A stretch of DNA of 64,000 bases. It comes from a virus. The stretch is taken from positions 3,647 through 67,646 of the IMG/VR virus record IMGVR_UViG_3300025109_000007; one strand, 5' to 3'. This document shows positions 36,396 to 47,242 of this stretch, piece after piece (position 1 is the stretch's first letter; every line of letters begins with the position of its first letter). The translations under genes and the position numbers were made by a program. Below the pieces are notes generated by a model. That model was given only the letters and a program-made list of their open reading frames with translations, had not been told where the DNA came from and did not search any database.

Positions 36396-39300
36396 GGCGG
36401 GCCTCGAAGAGTGACGTCCTCGTCAGCTCGGCCGTGGCTGCCTCCATCGACGGCCACGGCCCGCCCCAAACCGGCCAACGGCGGCGCAGCATCCCGTCGG
36501 CTTCCGTGATGACGAACCCGAGGAACTCTCCGACGTGCCCGATCAGGTGCACGAGGCGGATGGAGTCGTCGCCCGCGATCTCGTCGCAGCCGTCGAAGCC
36601 GATCCCCCCGGTCGACGCGTAGGCCCGTGGCGCGTCCACGAGGCAGCGCAGCGGCGTGAGCTCCGGCCACCCCACCGCGCTGGGCGGCGGGACGCTGACC
36701 GCGCGCTGCTCACCCGTCACCGCGTCCTCGAGCACGAGGAGACGGTCCGAGGCGCGGACGGGCGCGGGGGGCAGGCGAGCGGGGCGCGGCGCGCCCTCGA
36801 TGAGGTTCAGCTGCTCCGACATCACCCCGCCTCGGCCTGGATGCGCTGCATCGTCTCGAGCCAGGTCGTGACGACGCTGCTCTCCGCCACCTCGACGCCG
36901 TTGGCGTAGAGCACCACCCGCAGCGCTGACACACTGCTGGTCTCCGGCACCCGGGGCTTGGTCGGCGCCGCCCGCGACGGCTTCGCCTTCCGCGCGCGCT
37001 TCCGCGCTCCGCCGACGTTCTTCGGCGTGCTCACCGCCGCCTCGGCGCTCATGCGCTTCAGCCGGTAGTAGAGGGTCGACTCGGTGAGCTCGTTCTCCTT
37101 CGCCTCGGGCAGCTCGAGCAGCTCGGCGGCGGTGAGCTCGCGGCCCTTGTACGGGTAGGTCCTTCTCGTCTTCGGCATCCTCGTCTCCTCGCGCCGATCG
37201 GCGCTCTCGTCGGTCTCCGGGGAGGGGCCCGCCTCGGGCTCCTGGGGCTGCTCGGCGGGCTGCTCGGCACCGCCGAGCAGCGTCGAACCGCCGGGGGCGA
37301 ACCCACTGGCGAGCTCCACGAGCTCGACGTCCGGCGTCTCCCCGCGGGCGTGAGCCGCGCCGACCGGGCAGTCGGTGCAGCCGGCGGCGGCGAGGTGCCT
37401 CTGGCCCTTCGCGCCCCGGCCGCCGGCCTCCTTCCGCGCGCGCCGGAAGCGCTGGGTGCAGCTCCTCCTCGTGAGCTTCGTCGCCAACCGCTCGCACTGG
37501 AACAGCTCGAGCTCAGCCATAGTCGCCCCTCCCGTCGTCGACCTGGAGTCGGTCGCGCACGCCTCGCAGCCGCCCGATCCACGACTCAAGGCCGCGCGCC
37601 TGCTGGTAGACCTGGTCGAGCTCCCGCTCGGCGCGCTCGATCGCCTCGTCCACCTCGTCGGCCGAGCGAAAGTAGGTGCTCGCGTCACCCATGGTGCACT
37701 CCCCCGTCGTCGCCCCAGGTGCACGCCGCGCGCCGCACCGCGGTCGAGCCACCGGTCGAGCCGTCGAGGTCGGAGAACTCGTCGCCCGACACGACCCACG
37801 CAGGCTCACCCACGGCGCCCTCCTCTCGGCTGCTCGCTCGCCGCCAGGTGCCGCGCCGCGCCTCGCAGGATCGCCAGCCGCGTGCGGCAGTCGCCGTCGC
37901 GCCATGCCGCGCGGGCGTGCAGGCCGAGGCGCATCGCCTTCCCGAGGAGCGCGCGGAACGGCTCCACCCGCCCGTGCATCGCGCTCTCCAGCGCTGCCGT
38001 CTTGAGGCGGATCGCCTCCTCGAGGTCGCCGCCGCTGGCCTGCAGCCAGGCGCGGCCGACCGCCTTCTCGGCGCTCTCCAGCCGCTCCGCCGCCTCCACG
38101 AGCGCGCGCCCGTGCTTCAAGGCCCACGTCGCGAGCGCGTAGCTCCGCTCGCCGTCGTTGCTCAGGCCCGCCGCCGCGCGCCACTCGTCGAGGATGGAGG
38201 ACCGCTCGTGCGTCACGCCGGCCTCTGGTAGTAGCGCCGCGCGAGCTGTGAGCCGCGATGCTCGCTGGGCGGGACGAGGCGCGACGCGAGCTCGCCGTCG
38301 ACCTCCATGCGCCGGAGGACGTGCCCAACGAAGGTCACCGCCGTGTGCCGGCGCGGGTAGGGGGACTCCGGCCACGCGTCCACGACGTCGCCGGACCAGA
38401 CCTCGGCGTCCTCCTCGAGGAGCTTGAGCGCGATGCCCCGCACGTCCTGGCGGTGGTCCTCACGCATGGTCCGCCTCGTCGGTCTCGCGGCGGCGCCGCT
38501 CGAGGACGCCATCCAGGGCCTCGGCTCGGCGACGCAGGCAGTCGTCGTCGAGGTCGGCGCCGTCCTCGTCGCGGTCCTCTCTCTCTTCGTGGTCGCGGGC
38601 CCAGCGGTCGACCTCGTCGGCAGCGCCGCAGATGCCGTGCTCGGTGGCGGCCGCGAGGGCGTAGAGCCGCTCTCCAACCTCGCGCCCCCAGGCGGCCGGC
38701 TCGCCGCGCGGCGGCTCGTCCGGTCCCCCGCGCAGCTCGGCCGCGAGGGCGCGCAGCTGGTCGGGCAGCGTGTCGGCGAGCGCCTCCAGTGCGGCAGCCG
38801 TCGAGCCGAGACCCGTCCGGTCGTCAGCGCGGATCATGACGCCACCTCGCCCTTGAGTGCCTCGAAGAGCAGCGGGAGGAGCGCGTCTTTCACCACGCCG
38901 AAGCTGTGCGGCTTGCGGTAGACCGCGCTCTCCCAGTAGTCGTCGGCGATGACCCGGTGCAGGTCCTCGTTGGCGAGAGCCTCCTGGAGGAGGAGCTCGG
39001 CCGGCGCCGATGAGTCGAGCTCGTCGAGCGCTCTCCACGCGGCGCGCGCCTCGTCCCGGGTGAGACCACCCCTCCGGCGGCCCTCGAGCACCTCCGCGCG
39101 CCAGTCCTTCACGGTCGCCGGCCCGTCGAACTCGTCCGGCACGCCGACGAAGAGCTTGCGGGCGACGTAGTCCGCGCCGAACCCCCCGAGGAGCGCGTCC
39201 GAGAGGTTCTGCGACTCGCAGAGCCAGGGACCGCGCCCCCACCGGTGCGACCACGTCCCCCAGTCCGAGACGAGCGCGAGGGTGCCGTGGGTGTCGTCCA

Positions 39301-40760
39301 CGTAGAACGCCGCCCAGCCGCGGCCGGCGCCCGGCACCTCGATGCCGTCGAAGCGGTAGGCCCGCGGCGAGTCGGCCGGGGCTGCGTCGACCGCCGCGTT
39401 CTCACCCGCCATGTCGCACCTCGCCGAGGTCGTCGGCCTCTTTCCAGGCTTGGGTGATGATGTGGACGACTCCGGGGGAGACCCCGACCACGCCGGCCGC
39501 GAAGTCCTCGTTGCGCCCGGAGTTGAGCAGCTGCTCGATCTGCGCCCGTTGTTCGGGAGCGAGCTCCTGGAGCTCGGCCTCCAGCGAGGCTCGCAGCTGC
39601 AGCGTCTCCTGAGGCACCCACTTCGCCAGGGCCTTGATGCCGGCGCCGGTGAAGCGGACTGCCCAGCCGTCCCCCTCCCCGACGAACGTCGCGAACCCGC
39701 GCGCGACGAGGTCTCCAAAGTCGGGGAACAGGAACGGGTTCCTGAGCCACCTCATCGAGCTGGCGTGCCTCTTCTCGCTGACCGCGCGGAAGTCCGCGGA
39801 GCCCACCCGCGCCCAGAAGTCCCCTTTGTCTCGGAGCGCCAGCAGCATCCAGCCGGCCGCGGCTTCGACCTCGGCCCGCCCCATCGTCCCGACGAGCGGA
39901 GCGTGGGGCATCAGGACCACGTCCGACGGCCTGAACGGCGGGGCCTCCGTGACACCTTCCCGCGCACCATCTTCATTCGCCATGAACCCCTCCTCGGCGC
40001 CCTCGCTCAGCGCCAGTGATACGACCGGCCGAAATCGGCTGATTCGCACGCAAATCGTGTGCGGCGTTGCATCTCGTCGTGTTGTCCGAGCGGAGCAGGG
40101 TCGAAACCCCGCGATCACGCCGAGAAGACACGCGCGGTCGCGGATTTGAAATCCCGCGACGTCTACACCACATATCACGAAACGTTGCCCCCAAATTCAT
40201 TCCTGATCCGAGCGCGATCTGCGGCCGATCACTCGCTCCGGATTCCGTCAACTTCGCTGATCCGGTCACGCCGACGCCTCCTCGGCGCAGACGGCCAGCG
40301 GCGCGACGACCATCAGCCACCCGTCGCCACGCGCGACGAGGACCCGGAGCGGGTCCATCCCGACGTCCATCGCCCCAGCCGCGACGCTCCGATCACCCGA
40401 GAGCTGTCCGACGACACCGATGTGCGCGGCGAGCCGGGCGTCGACCAGGACGCCGGCCAGGGTCAGCCGTCCATCGCTCCCCGGGCGCTCCGCCGCCTTC
40501 CGGATCAGCGCCCTCGAGCGGAGCCGTCGAGGCAGCTCCGCGGCCGCGGCGCGCTCGAGCAGCGTCGGGAGGTTGGCGGGGACGTCGGAGAGGTGGTCGT
40601 ACCGGCGCGCGCTCGCGAGGACCGGGGCCACGAACGCCTGATCGGCGGCCGCGCGCATCGCCCACTCGCGAGCGCGCCCCCAGAGGTAGGCCGTGTCGCC
40701 TTCGACGCCGATCGCAAACGGCACCGCGACCTCGAGGCCTTTGAGGGGGCTGCTCGTCAT
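36388..40760 (-). other. Run of coupled small early hypothetical genes (36388-36822, 37513-37692, 37806-38216, 38213-38467 wHTH-like, 38460-38837, 38834-39412, 39402-39983, 40266-40760)
   Basis: Mostly overlapping start/stop codons and protein-like translations on the minus strand. Confidence 0.6.
36822..37520 (-). CDS. Cys-rich N-terminus plus HTH protein
   Basis: C..C..CTDCPVG; YKGRELTAAELLE...ESTLYYRLK. Confidence 0.6.
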   Translation of the reverse strand: MAELELFQCERLATKLTRRSCTQRFRRARKEAGGRGAKGQRHLAAAGCTDCPVGAAHARGETPDVELVELASGFAPGGSTLLGGAEQPAEQPQEPEAGPSPETDESADRREETRMPKTRRTYPYKGRELTAAELLELPEAKENELTESTLYYRLKRMSAEAAVSTPKNVGGARKRARKAKPSRAAPTKPRVPETSSVSALRVVLYANGVEVAESSVVTTWLETMQRIQAEAG

Positions 40761-41416
40761 TCGTCGCCCCACTGCTTGGTCATGGCGGCGATGCGCCGAA
40801 CCACGTACTCCGCCTCGCTCTGCTCGGCGGCGGCGAACCGGCGGCCGGCTTCGAACGCGAGCGCCGTCTCGACTTCGTGCCACTGGGGGATGCCCAGCTC
40901 GCGTCCGACCTGGGTGACCGCCATCGTCCGTGCGGCTGCGGCTTCGGCTCCGTGGGTGCCAGCCTCCATCCCGAGCTCCTCAAGCACCCGCGGAAGTACG
41001 TGCTCATAGAAGCGGGCGACGGACCGGGTCGTGACGTTCCGGCCTTCCAAGCACGGCTCGCCGTCCCGGCGTCCGCTGTTGACCACCACGCCGGCGATCA
41101 CGTTGCAGCGCTCAACCAGCCATCGGTCGTCTCGATGCGCCAAGAAGTCCCGGTGGTCGGGTGCGTGCGCGAGGTCCTCCGAGAAGAAGTGAGGGTCGAG
41201 CCCCAGGGCGTCACACGCGCGGTCGATCACGAGGCGGCCCACGTTGGCGCTCGAGCCGCTGAGAATTCGGGAGACGTAGGAGGGGTGCACGGCGAGGCGC
41301 TCGGCGACGCGTCGTTTCCAGCCATGGCAGCGGCCCTCAACGTCTCCGAGCTGCTCGATGAGCGCGCGGTAGCGTCGCGTCGCGTGCGGCACAGGGTCTA
41401 CGGCCTCCGCACTCAC
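40757..41416 (-). CDS. Repressor-like HTH fused to a DUF433-like domain
   Basis: GWKRRVAERLAVHPSYVSRILSG; VVVNSGRRDGEPCLEGRNV...EVETALAFE. Confidence 0.7.
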   Translation of the reverse strand: MSAEAVDPVPHATRRYRALIEQLGDVEGRCHGWKRRVAERLAVHPSYVSRILSGSSANVGRLVIDRACDALGLDPHFFSEDLAHAPDHRDFLAHRDDRWLVERCNVIAGVVVNSGRRDGEPCLEGRNVTTRSVARFYEHVLPRVLEELGMEAGTHGAEAAAARTMAVTQVGRELGIPQWHEVETALAFEAGRRFAAAEQSEAEYVVRRIAAMTKQWGDE

Positions 41417-41862
41417 CGCCGCCCCCTCCCCGCGAAGGCCTCGAGGGCGTCGAGCGCGTCCTTGTACGCCTCCTCTGCGCGGTCGAGCTCGTTGCGCGCC
41501 GCGTCCCTCTCGTCGCGTGCATCATCAACTGCCTGCCGGAGCCTCTGCGCCTGGTGTCGCGCGGCAGGGGGCTCGTCAGCTGCCTTGGCGGAGTTGGGCG
41601 CGCCGGCCGAAAGGTAGTCCCGGTAGCTGACGGAGTCCGAGCGGTCGCCCGAGACGAAGTAGCTCATGTCGAAGCCCAGCGCGTCCGCCGCCCGCTTGGC
41701 CGAGTCCACGCTGACGCCCCGCTGGCCCTTGAGGATCTTAGTCAGGTGCGCCGGAGATAGGCCGAGCTGCTCCGCCACGCGGGTCCTCCATCCGCGCCCG
41801 TGCCCCAGCTCGGCGCCGAGCTCCTCGAGCAGGCGGCGGAAGCGCTCGCTCACGAGCGTCAT
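41413..41862 (-). CDS. Repressor-like XRE HTH with coiled-coil tail
   Basis: GWRTRVAEQLGLSPAHLTKILKGQR. Confidence 0.75.
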   Translation of the reverse strand: MTLVSERFRRLLEELGAELGHGRGWRTRVAEQLGLSPAHLTKILKGQRGVSVDSAKRAADALGFDMSYFVSGDRSDSVSYRDYLSAGAPNSAKAADEPPAARHQAQRLRQAVDDARDERDAARNELDRAEEAYKDALDALEAFAGRGRR

Positions 41863-42485
41863 TCGCCGCTCCCCCGCCGACGAAGCGGCCGCGGCGGCGT
41901 CCGGACCGCGCGCGAGACATCCCATCCCAGCTTGGCCAGGCGTCGCGAGAGCGTGGCTGCGCACACGCCCGCCTCCAGGGCCTCCGGCATCGCGGCGAGC
42001 TGCCCGACCGAGTAGAACTCGCCGTCCTCCCATCGCCAGACGCGCGCCTTGAGGCGCCCCCGCCGCCCCTTGCCGACCGTGCAGATGGACTCCGTGCCCG
42101 CCGGTTCCTCGAGGTCGCGCGCGCTGTAGGTCGCGCGCGGCGCGTGATCGGGGCGCATGGGCCCGCGGCCGGCCAGCCAGGCGCTCACGAGCTCGAGCGC
42201 CGCGCCTTCTGCGTGGCCGAAACGCGCGGCCAGCGCGTCGAGCGCGTCCGGGCCCACCGCCACCCGGAGCCGCCGCGCGAACGTGCGGATCGCCTCGGTC
42301 TCGATCTGCCGGATCCTCTCGCGAGTCACGCCGAAGGCGCTCGCGACCTCCTCGAGGCTGGCTCCGTCGGGCCAGTTCGACCGGAGCATCTGGCAGCGAC
42401 GGTCCTCGGCGTACGGGGTCTCGAAGTCGAGGAACGGCTCGTCGGCCGGCGCCATGCGCGCGGCGGCCCGGGATCGGGAGCTCAT
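41859..42485 (-). CDS. Protein with sigma-70 region 4 domain and a second HTH-like segment
   Basis: SLEEVASAFGVTRERIRQIETEAI. Confidence 0.75.
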   Translation of the reverse strand: MSSRSRAAARMAPADEPFLDFETPYAEDRRCQMLRSNWPDGASLEEVASAFGVTRERIRQIETEAIRTFARRLRVAVGPDALDALAARFGHAEGAALELVSAWLAGRGPMRPDHAPRATYSARDLEEPAGTESICTVGKGRRGRLKARVWRWEDGEFYSVGQLAAMPEALEAGVCAATLSRRLAKLGWDVSRAVRTPPRPLRRRGSGE

Positions 42486-43750
42486 GAGGTCACCTCCGAC
42501 AGCTCGGGGATGGCGCGGTCCATGTCGGCCAGGTCGCCGAGGCCGAGCTCGGCGACGAGCCTGGCGGCGCGCCGGTAGCGGTTGATCATCGCGCTCGAGC
42601 GGTGGCCCGTGCGGTCGGCGACCCAGGTCTCGGTCTTCCCGTTCGCCAGCGAGATCGTGATGAAGGTGGCGCGGAGATCGTGGAGCCGGATCGGGTGCCG
42701 CGTCTCGCTCCGCTCGTAGAGCTCGGGTCGGTCGATCCCGGCGCTCCGAAGCTGCTCGCGGAAGCGCGGAGTCGCTCGGCCGTCGCCGCGGGTGATGAGC
42801 GGCTCGCCCGCCTCGTCGACGAAGACGCGGCCAGCGCCACCGCGGCGCGCGCGCCAGGCGCACAGCGCGCGGGCGCAGTCGGGGCGCAGCGCCCACGCGC
42901 GCGGCTCGCGGGTCTTGTTCTCGACCAGGGCGACGGCGCCGCGCTCGAGGTCCACGTCCGCCCAGACCAGGTCGGAGGCCTCGCTCCGCCGCATGCCCTC
43001 CCGCGCCATGAACCCGTACAGCAGCCGGAAGTGCAGCGGGATCGAGCGGCAGCCGAGGAGCGCGCGGTCCTCGTCGGGGTAGAGGAAGGTGTAGGCCTTC
43101 TCGTCGATCAGCTTCGGCAGGAACCCCTTCGGCAGCGGGTTCGCCGTGATCACGCGCGCGGGGAAGTGCGCCAGGGTCAGGACGCGCGACATCACCTGCG
43201 CGACGTGCCGACGCGAGGCGGGCTTGAGGTGGGCGGGCAGGCGCTCCATGACGGCGAGCGCGTGGTCCAGCGTGATCTCCTCGAGAGGGATCGTCCCGAT
43301 GACCGGATAGACGTGGTTCTCGAGGCGCCGCGCGTCCTGCGATGCGGTCTTCTTCTTCTTGATATGGTCCGGGTACCGGCTCCGCAGCTCGCCGCTCGTC
43401 CACGCGTAGCCGAACTCCGCGAAGGTCATCGACGCGACGGGCGGCGGCGCCGCCTCGCCGGTGCTGAGACGGCGGATCGCCTCGAGCGGGCGCTCGTGCC
43501 GGTCATCGCTCCCGCCGAGCAGCTGGAGCAGCGTCCTCGCGAGCTCCGCGCCCACGGGCTTCTCCGCGGCGCGGAGGAGGCAGGCCTGTTCGGCCAGCAG
43601 TCGCGCCCGGGCGCGGGCCTTCTCCTCGTCCTCGACCTCCCGCGGGCACGTCCTGAGCTGGACCGTGCACCGCGTGCTCCCGCGGAGGGTCACGATCGCG
43701 CGCCAGCATCCGCCGTAGTAGCGGATCGAGCCCGTCGCCTGCCGGCTCAC
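42482..43750 (-). CDS. Second tyrosine recombinase/integrase
   Basis: GMRRSE, KT, LHDLR, TGHRSSAMINRY. Confidence 0.92.
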   Translation of the reverse strand: MSRQATGSIRYYGGCWRAIVTLRGSTRCTVQLRTCPREVEDEEKARARARLLAEQACLLRAAEKPVGAELARTLLQLLGGSDDRHERPLEAIRRLSTGEAAPPPVASMTFAEFGYAWTSGELRSRYPDHIKKKKTASQDARRLENHVYPVIGTIPLEEITLDHALAVMERLPAHLKPASRRHVAQVMSRVLTLAHFPARVITANPLPKGFLPKLIDEKAYTFLYPDEDRALLGCRSIPLHFRLLYGFMAREGMRRSEASDLVWADVDLERGAVALVENKTREPRAWALRPDCARALCAWRARRGGAGRVFVDEAGEPLITRGDGRATPRFREQLRSAGIDRPELYERSETRHPIRLHDLRATFITISLANGKTETWVADRTGHRSSAMINRYRRAARLVAELGLGDLADMDRAIPELSEVTS

Positions 43751-44091
43751 TTCCCCACGCTCCCGGGCACACAGCCCTGCTCGAGGAGGAGGCGGTCGAC
43801 GTCATCGAGCTCCTCGGCGTTCGGAACGCGGTGCGCCCGCCGCGCCGCCCCGGACTCCTCGCCCAGCCGGGCGAGGTAGGCCATCAGCGCCGAGCGCTCG
43901 ACCATGCGGGTCTTGCCGAGCTTCGACACGTGGGGCGCCCCATCCCGGCGGAGGAGCTCGAGGAACTTCCGCTTCGAGAGTCCGAGGAGGTGGCAGTTGT
44001 CCTGTGTGTAGTAGTCGGGGTGCGCCTCGGGCAGGTCTGAGCGGCGGATCTGGACGCGGGCATCCGCCTCGATGAAGCCGTCGTCAGGCAT
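43747..44091 (-). CDS. Xis-like small DNA-binding protein
   Basis: LLGLSKRKFLELLRR...KLGKTRMVER; directly upstream of the recombinase. Confidence 0.55.
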   Translation of the reverse strand: MPDDGFIEADARVQIRRSDLPEAHPDYYTQDNCHLLGLSKRKFLELLRRDGAPHVSKLGKTRMVERSALMAYLARLGEESGAARRAHRVPNAEELDDVDRLLLEQGCVPGSVGK

Positions 44092-45829
44092 GCAGCCACT
44101 CCTCCGCGGGCTCCACCCAGACCGAACCCCCGCCGCTGAGTGCGAACGTCTCGAGCGCGCCCTGGGTGAGGCACACGAGCATCTGCTCGGCGATGGCGCG
44201 CGCGGTGGGGACGGGGACGGCGTTGCCGATCCTCTCGCGCCACCGCGAGACGGCGCCGCCCGCGAGCTCGATCGCCTTGCCCCCGAGCTCCATGGGCAGG
44301 CCCTGCAGCGCGGCGAGCTCCAGCGTCGTCATCGGCCGGTGCCACGTCCCGTCGGCCGCGAGGATCACCGGGATGAAGGGAGGCGCCTTTCGGGGGGCGG
44401 CCGCGGCCGCGGCGAGCTCCTCCTCGGTGACCGCCCGAAGCCCAGGGACCAACCCGTCGACGCGCGGGTCGGCGACAGCGTAGGCGCCGCAGCCGACGGC
44501 GCTCGTCCCCGCGATCGTGCGCGCGGCCTGCTCCCAGTGGAGCACTGCGTACCCGGCGTCGAAGGCGCGCCGAACCCTGGGATCGGCGACCGAGTAGCGC
44601 CCCGTCGACGGCGACGAGCGCCCGGTCACGGTCGGGGCGGCGGCCTCCCAGGGCAGGACACCGTAGGTCCCGCGGAACCAGTCGCCCGGGCGCGGGTCGG
44701 CGACCGCAGGCGCGCCAGAGCCGGGGCGCGTCGCGCCGATCACCGTGCCGCTCGCGTCTGCCCAGCCGTGGACGCGGTACTTGTTGTGGTGCCTGCTCGG
44801 CTTGCAGGAGGGCAGAGCGAACGGGCGCGGGTCGGCGATGCTCGCGCGCGCGTTGTCCACTCGCTGGCTGCCGACGACCGCGCCGGCCGGCGTGGCGGCG
44901 TCGAGCACGCCGTAGGCGCCCGCGCGGGGCGCGCAGCCGAGGCGCGGGTCGGCGACGTTGGCGGTGCCGTTGCTCCCGCTCCCGGCCACCGTTCCCGTCG
45001 GCGCATCCCATGCGGCGACGCCGTGGCGGGCCCACTTCTCGCGGCGCTTCTCTCCCCGCTCGAGCACGCCGGGCAGGTCGCGCCAGTCGCCCCCGGCGGG
45101 GATGAGCGCGAGCCGAACCCAGTTCAGCCAAGAGATCCGCGGGAGCTGGTGCAGGGGCCCGGCCGCGGGATCCTCCGGCAGCGGGAGCTCACCGAGCACG
45201 TCGCCGCAGCCGCGGACCCGCTTGGTCGGCGGCTGGTAGAGCAGCGGCGGGAGGGTCTTCGCGTGCCGCGCGACGAGCAGGTAGCGGCGTCGGTGCTGGG
45301 CAAGACCTCCGACCTCGCCGCAGTCGTGGTAGCCGTCGTGGAAGACGTAGCCGGCGCGGCGGAGCATCGCGCGGAGCTTCCGCAGCATGGGCTTCGCCCG
45401 CGACGTGATCCGCGGGACGTTCTCCAGGAGCACGAGCGGCGGCGGGGTCGGCCACGCCTCCAGCATCCTGCGGGTCCACGTGAGCGCGAGGCCGTTCATC
45501 CGACGGTACTTCTTCGAGCGCGCCTTCTCGGCGGAGAGGAGTCCCGAGCTCCCCTTGCAAGGCGGCGACATGAAGACGACGTCAGGGGCGCGGTCGCCGT
45601 AGCGCTCGCGCAGCTCGGCCGCCGTCACGTCGCCGATGTCCGTGCACCAGGCGGGCGCGCCCGTGAGGCGCTCGAAGTCCTCGCACCCCTCGGCGTCGAA
45701 GTCGATGCCGCCGAGCGCGCGGAAGCGCGCGCGCTGCCCGAGCAGCCTGACTTCCGCGTCCACGAACCCGCGCGCGCCGGCGCCGAGGCCGCAGAAGGGG
45801 AAGAGGGCGGTGAACTCCAGGCCGCTCAT
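44084..45829 (-). CDS. DNA (cytosine-5) methyltransferase with repeated variable region
   Basis: FCGLG, SPPCKG, LLENVP, QHRRR, IGNAVP. Confidence 0.92.
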   Translation of the reverse strand: MSGLEFTALFPFCGLGAGARGFVDAEVRLLGQRARFRALGGIDFDAEGCEDFERLTGAPAWCTDIGDVTAAELRERYGDRAPDVVFMSPPCKGSSGLLSAEKARSKKYRRMNGLALTWTRRMLEAWPTPPPLVLLENVPRITSRAKPMLRKLRAMLRRAGYVFHDGYHDCGEVGGLAQHRRRYLLVARHAKTLPPLLYQPPTKRVRGCGDVLGELPLPEDPAAGPLHQLPRISWLNWVRLALIPAGGDWRDLPGVLERGEKRREKWARHGVAAWDAPTGTVAGSGSNGTANVADPRLGCAPRAGAYGVLDAATPAGAVVGSQRVDNARASIADPRPFALPSCKPSRHHNKYRVHGWADASGTVIGATRPGSGAPAVADPRPGDWFRGTYGVLPWEAAAPTVTGRSSPSTGRYSVADPRVRRAFDAGYAVLHWEQAARTIAGTSAVGCGAYAVADPRVDGLVPGLRAVTEEELAAAAAAPRKAPPFIPVILAADGTWHRPMTTLELAALQGLPMELGGKAIELAGGAVSRWRERIGNAVPVPTARAIAEQMLVCLTQGALETFALSGGGSVWVEPAEEWLHA

Positions 45830-46553
45830 GAGAGCTCCGGAAGCGAGGCGAGGAGCCGCTCTCGGGCCTCGCGGTAGCGGAGAGTCGCCCTGTCCCGCTC
45901 CTTCGCGGCGGTCCCGCGCTCGCTCCGCGCGCGCTGCAGGTGGTCTTCGGCCTCCGCTTCGAGCTCGGCGATTCGCGCGGCGAGCCGCTGGTCGAGCGCC
46001 TCGAGCTCGGCGTCTCGCTCCGCGCGCGCCGCGTCTCGCGCCTCGTCGAGCAGCTTTTTGAGTTCCTCCTCCGTGCGCTCGGCCTCGTCGCAGCGGCGCG
46101 TCGCTGCGTCGATCGCGGAGTACGCCTCGTTGACATCGGCGACGCGCGCGGCGCGCCGCTTCGCCTCCCGGTCGATGTCGTGCCCGGCCCCCATCAGCCC
46201 AGCGCCTTTCGGAGGGTGCTGCGCAGCTCATCGAGCTCCTTCTTGAGGCGCATGCGGTCCCCGATCAGCTGCAAGACCTCCGAGGCGATGTCGGCGTGCG
46301 ACTCGACGGCGAGCAGCTCGGCGACGACGTCCAGCGTCGAGGCCTCGCCCTCGGCCGCGTCGTCCTCGCCCGCTTCGAGCGGGCTAGCCGAGCCGACCTG
46401 GACGCCCGGAGGTACCTGCCAGACGACGCGCGCGCGGCCCTCCTCGTCCTGCTCCACGTGGAGCGTGAGGCATCGGCCGCGGCCGACCTCCTTGACGATG
46501 GCTCGGGCCTTCCGCTCGCTCTCGCTTCGGTAGATGTCTCGTGCTTCCATCAC
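45826..46553 (-). other. Two small hypothetical genes (45826-46194 coiled coil; 46194-46553)
   Basis: Coupled ORFs. Confidence 0.6.
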
Positions 46554-47242
46554 TTCCGTGCCTCCCGGCCGCCGAGCTGGCGGGCCTCCTCTTCACGCAG
46601 GCGCGCCAGCTCGGCGGCCATCTCCTGCTCGACCTCCGCGCGCGCGATGGCGGCTGCGCTCATCCGGTGGCGGGCGCCGGTGCGCATCGCGCGAGCCACG
46701 AGCTCGCTCTCGTCGAGCCGCTCGAGGTCCGACTGGCGCTCCGCGACGCGCACGCGGCGCGGACGCGCGTCGACGGAGCCGAAGAAGACGAGCTTCGCGC
46801 GGAACCGAACCCGCCGGGCGAGCTCCTCCGGTACGGTCCAGAGCCCCTGGCGCCCGCGGCAGTCGACGGCTGGGATCGGGACCACGTTCGCGAGCACCCA
46901 GCCGATGCAGCCCGGCACGTACCACCCAGACTCGACCGCAGCGCGGGCGCCCGCGGCGGTCAGGGCCCAGGTCCCCTCGTATTCGATCGCGCCGTAGCTG
47001 TCGGCCGTCCGGACCCATCCGATCAAGCGCGCGACCCCCACGATCCCGGTCGGGCTGTCCTCGGGCACCCGCGGGCGGTCGCCTTCGGGCCAGAGCGAGT
47101 CGGCGGCCCACGTCTTCCCGGCGTGGATGGCGATCATCGTGCCGAGGTCTGCGCAGGGCGGGCGCCACGTGCGGTTCTCGACCCGCTTCGTCCCGTGCAC
47201 GATCGCGTCAGACCATGGGCGGTGAAGTGTGAGCGCCTTCAC
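46550..47242 (-). CDS. ASCH-domain protein
   Basis: KALTLHRPW...GTKRVENRTW...IAIHAG...RGRQGLW. Confidence 0.85.
   Translation of the reverse strand: MKALTLHRPWSDAIVHGTKRVENRTWRPPCADLGTMIAIHAGKTWAADSLWPEGDRPRVPEDSPTGIVGVARLIGWVRTADSYGAIEYEGTWALTAAGARAAVESGWYVPGCIGWVLANVVPIPAVDCRGRQGLWTVPEELARRVRFRAKLVFFGSVDARPRRVRVAERQSDLERLDESELVARAMRTGARHRMSAAAIARAEVEQEMAAELARLREEEARQLGGREARK

Noticed and set aside
39990-40260. Structured ncRNA in an A/T-richer gap of the early operon
   Set aside because: No convincing stems or known motif by eye; may just be an internal promoter
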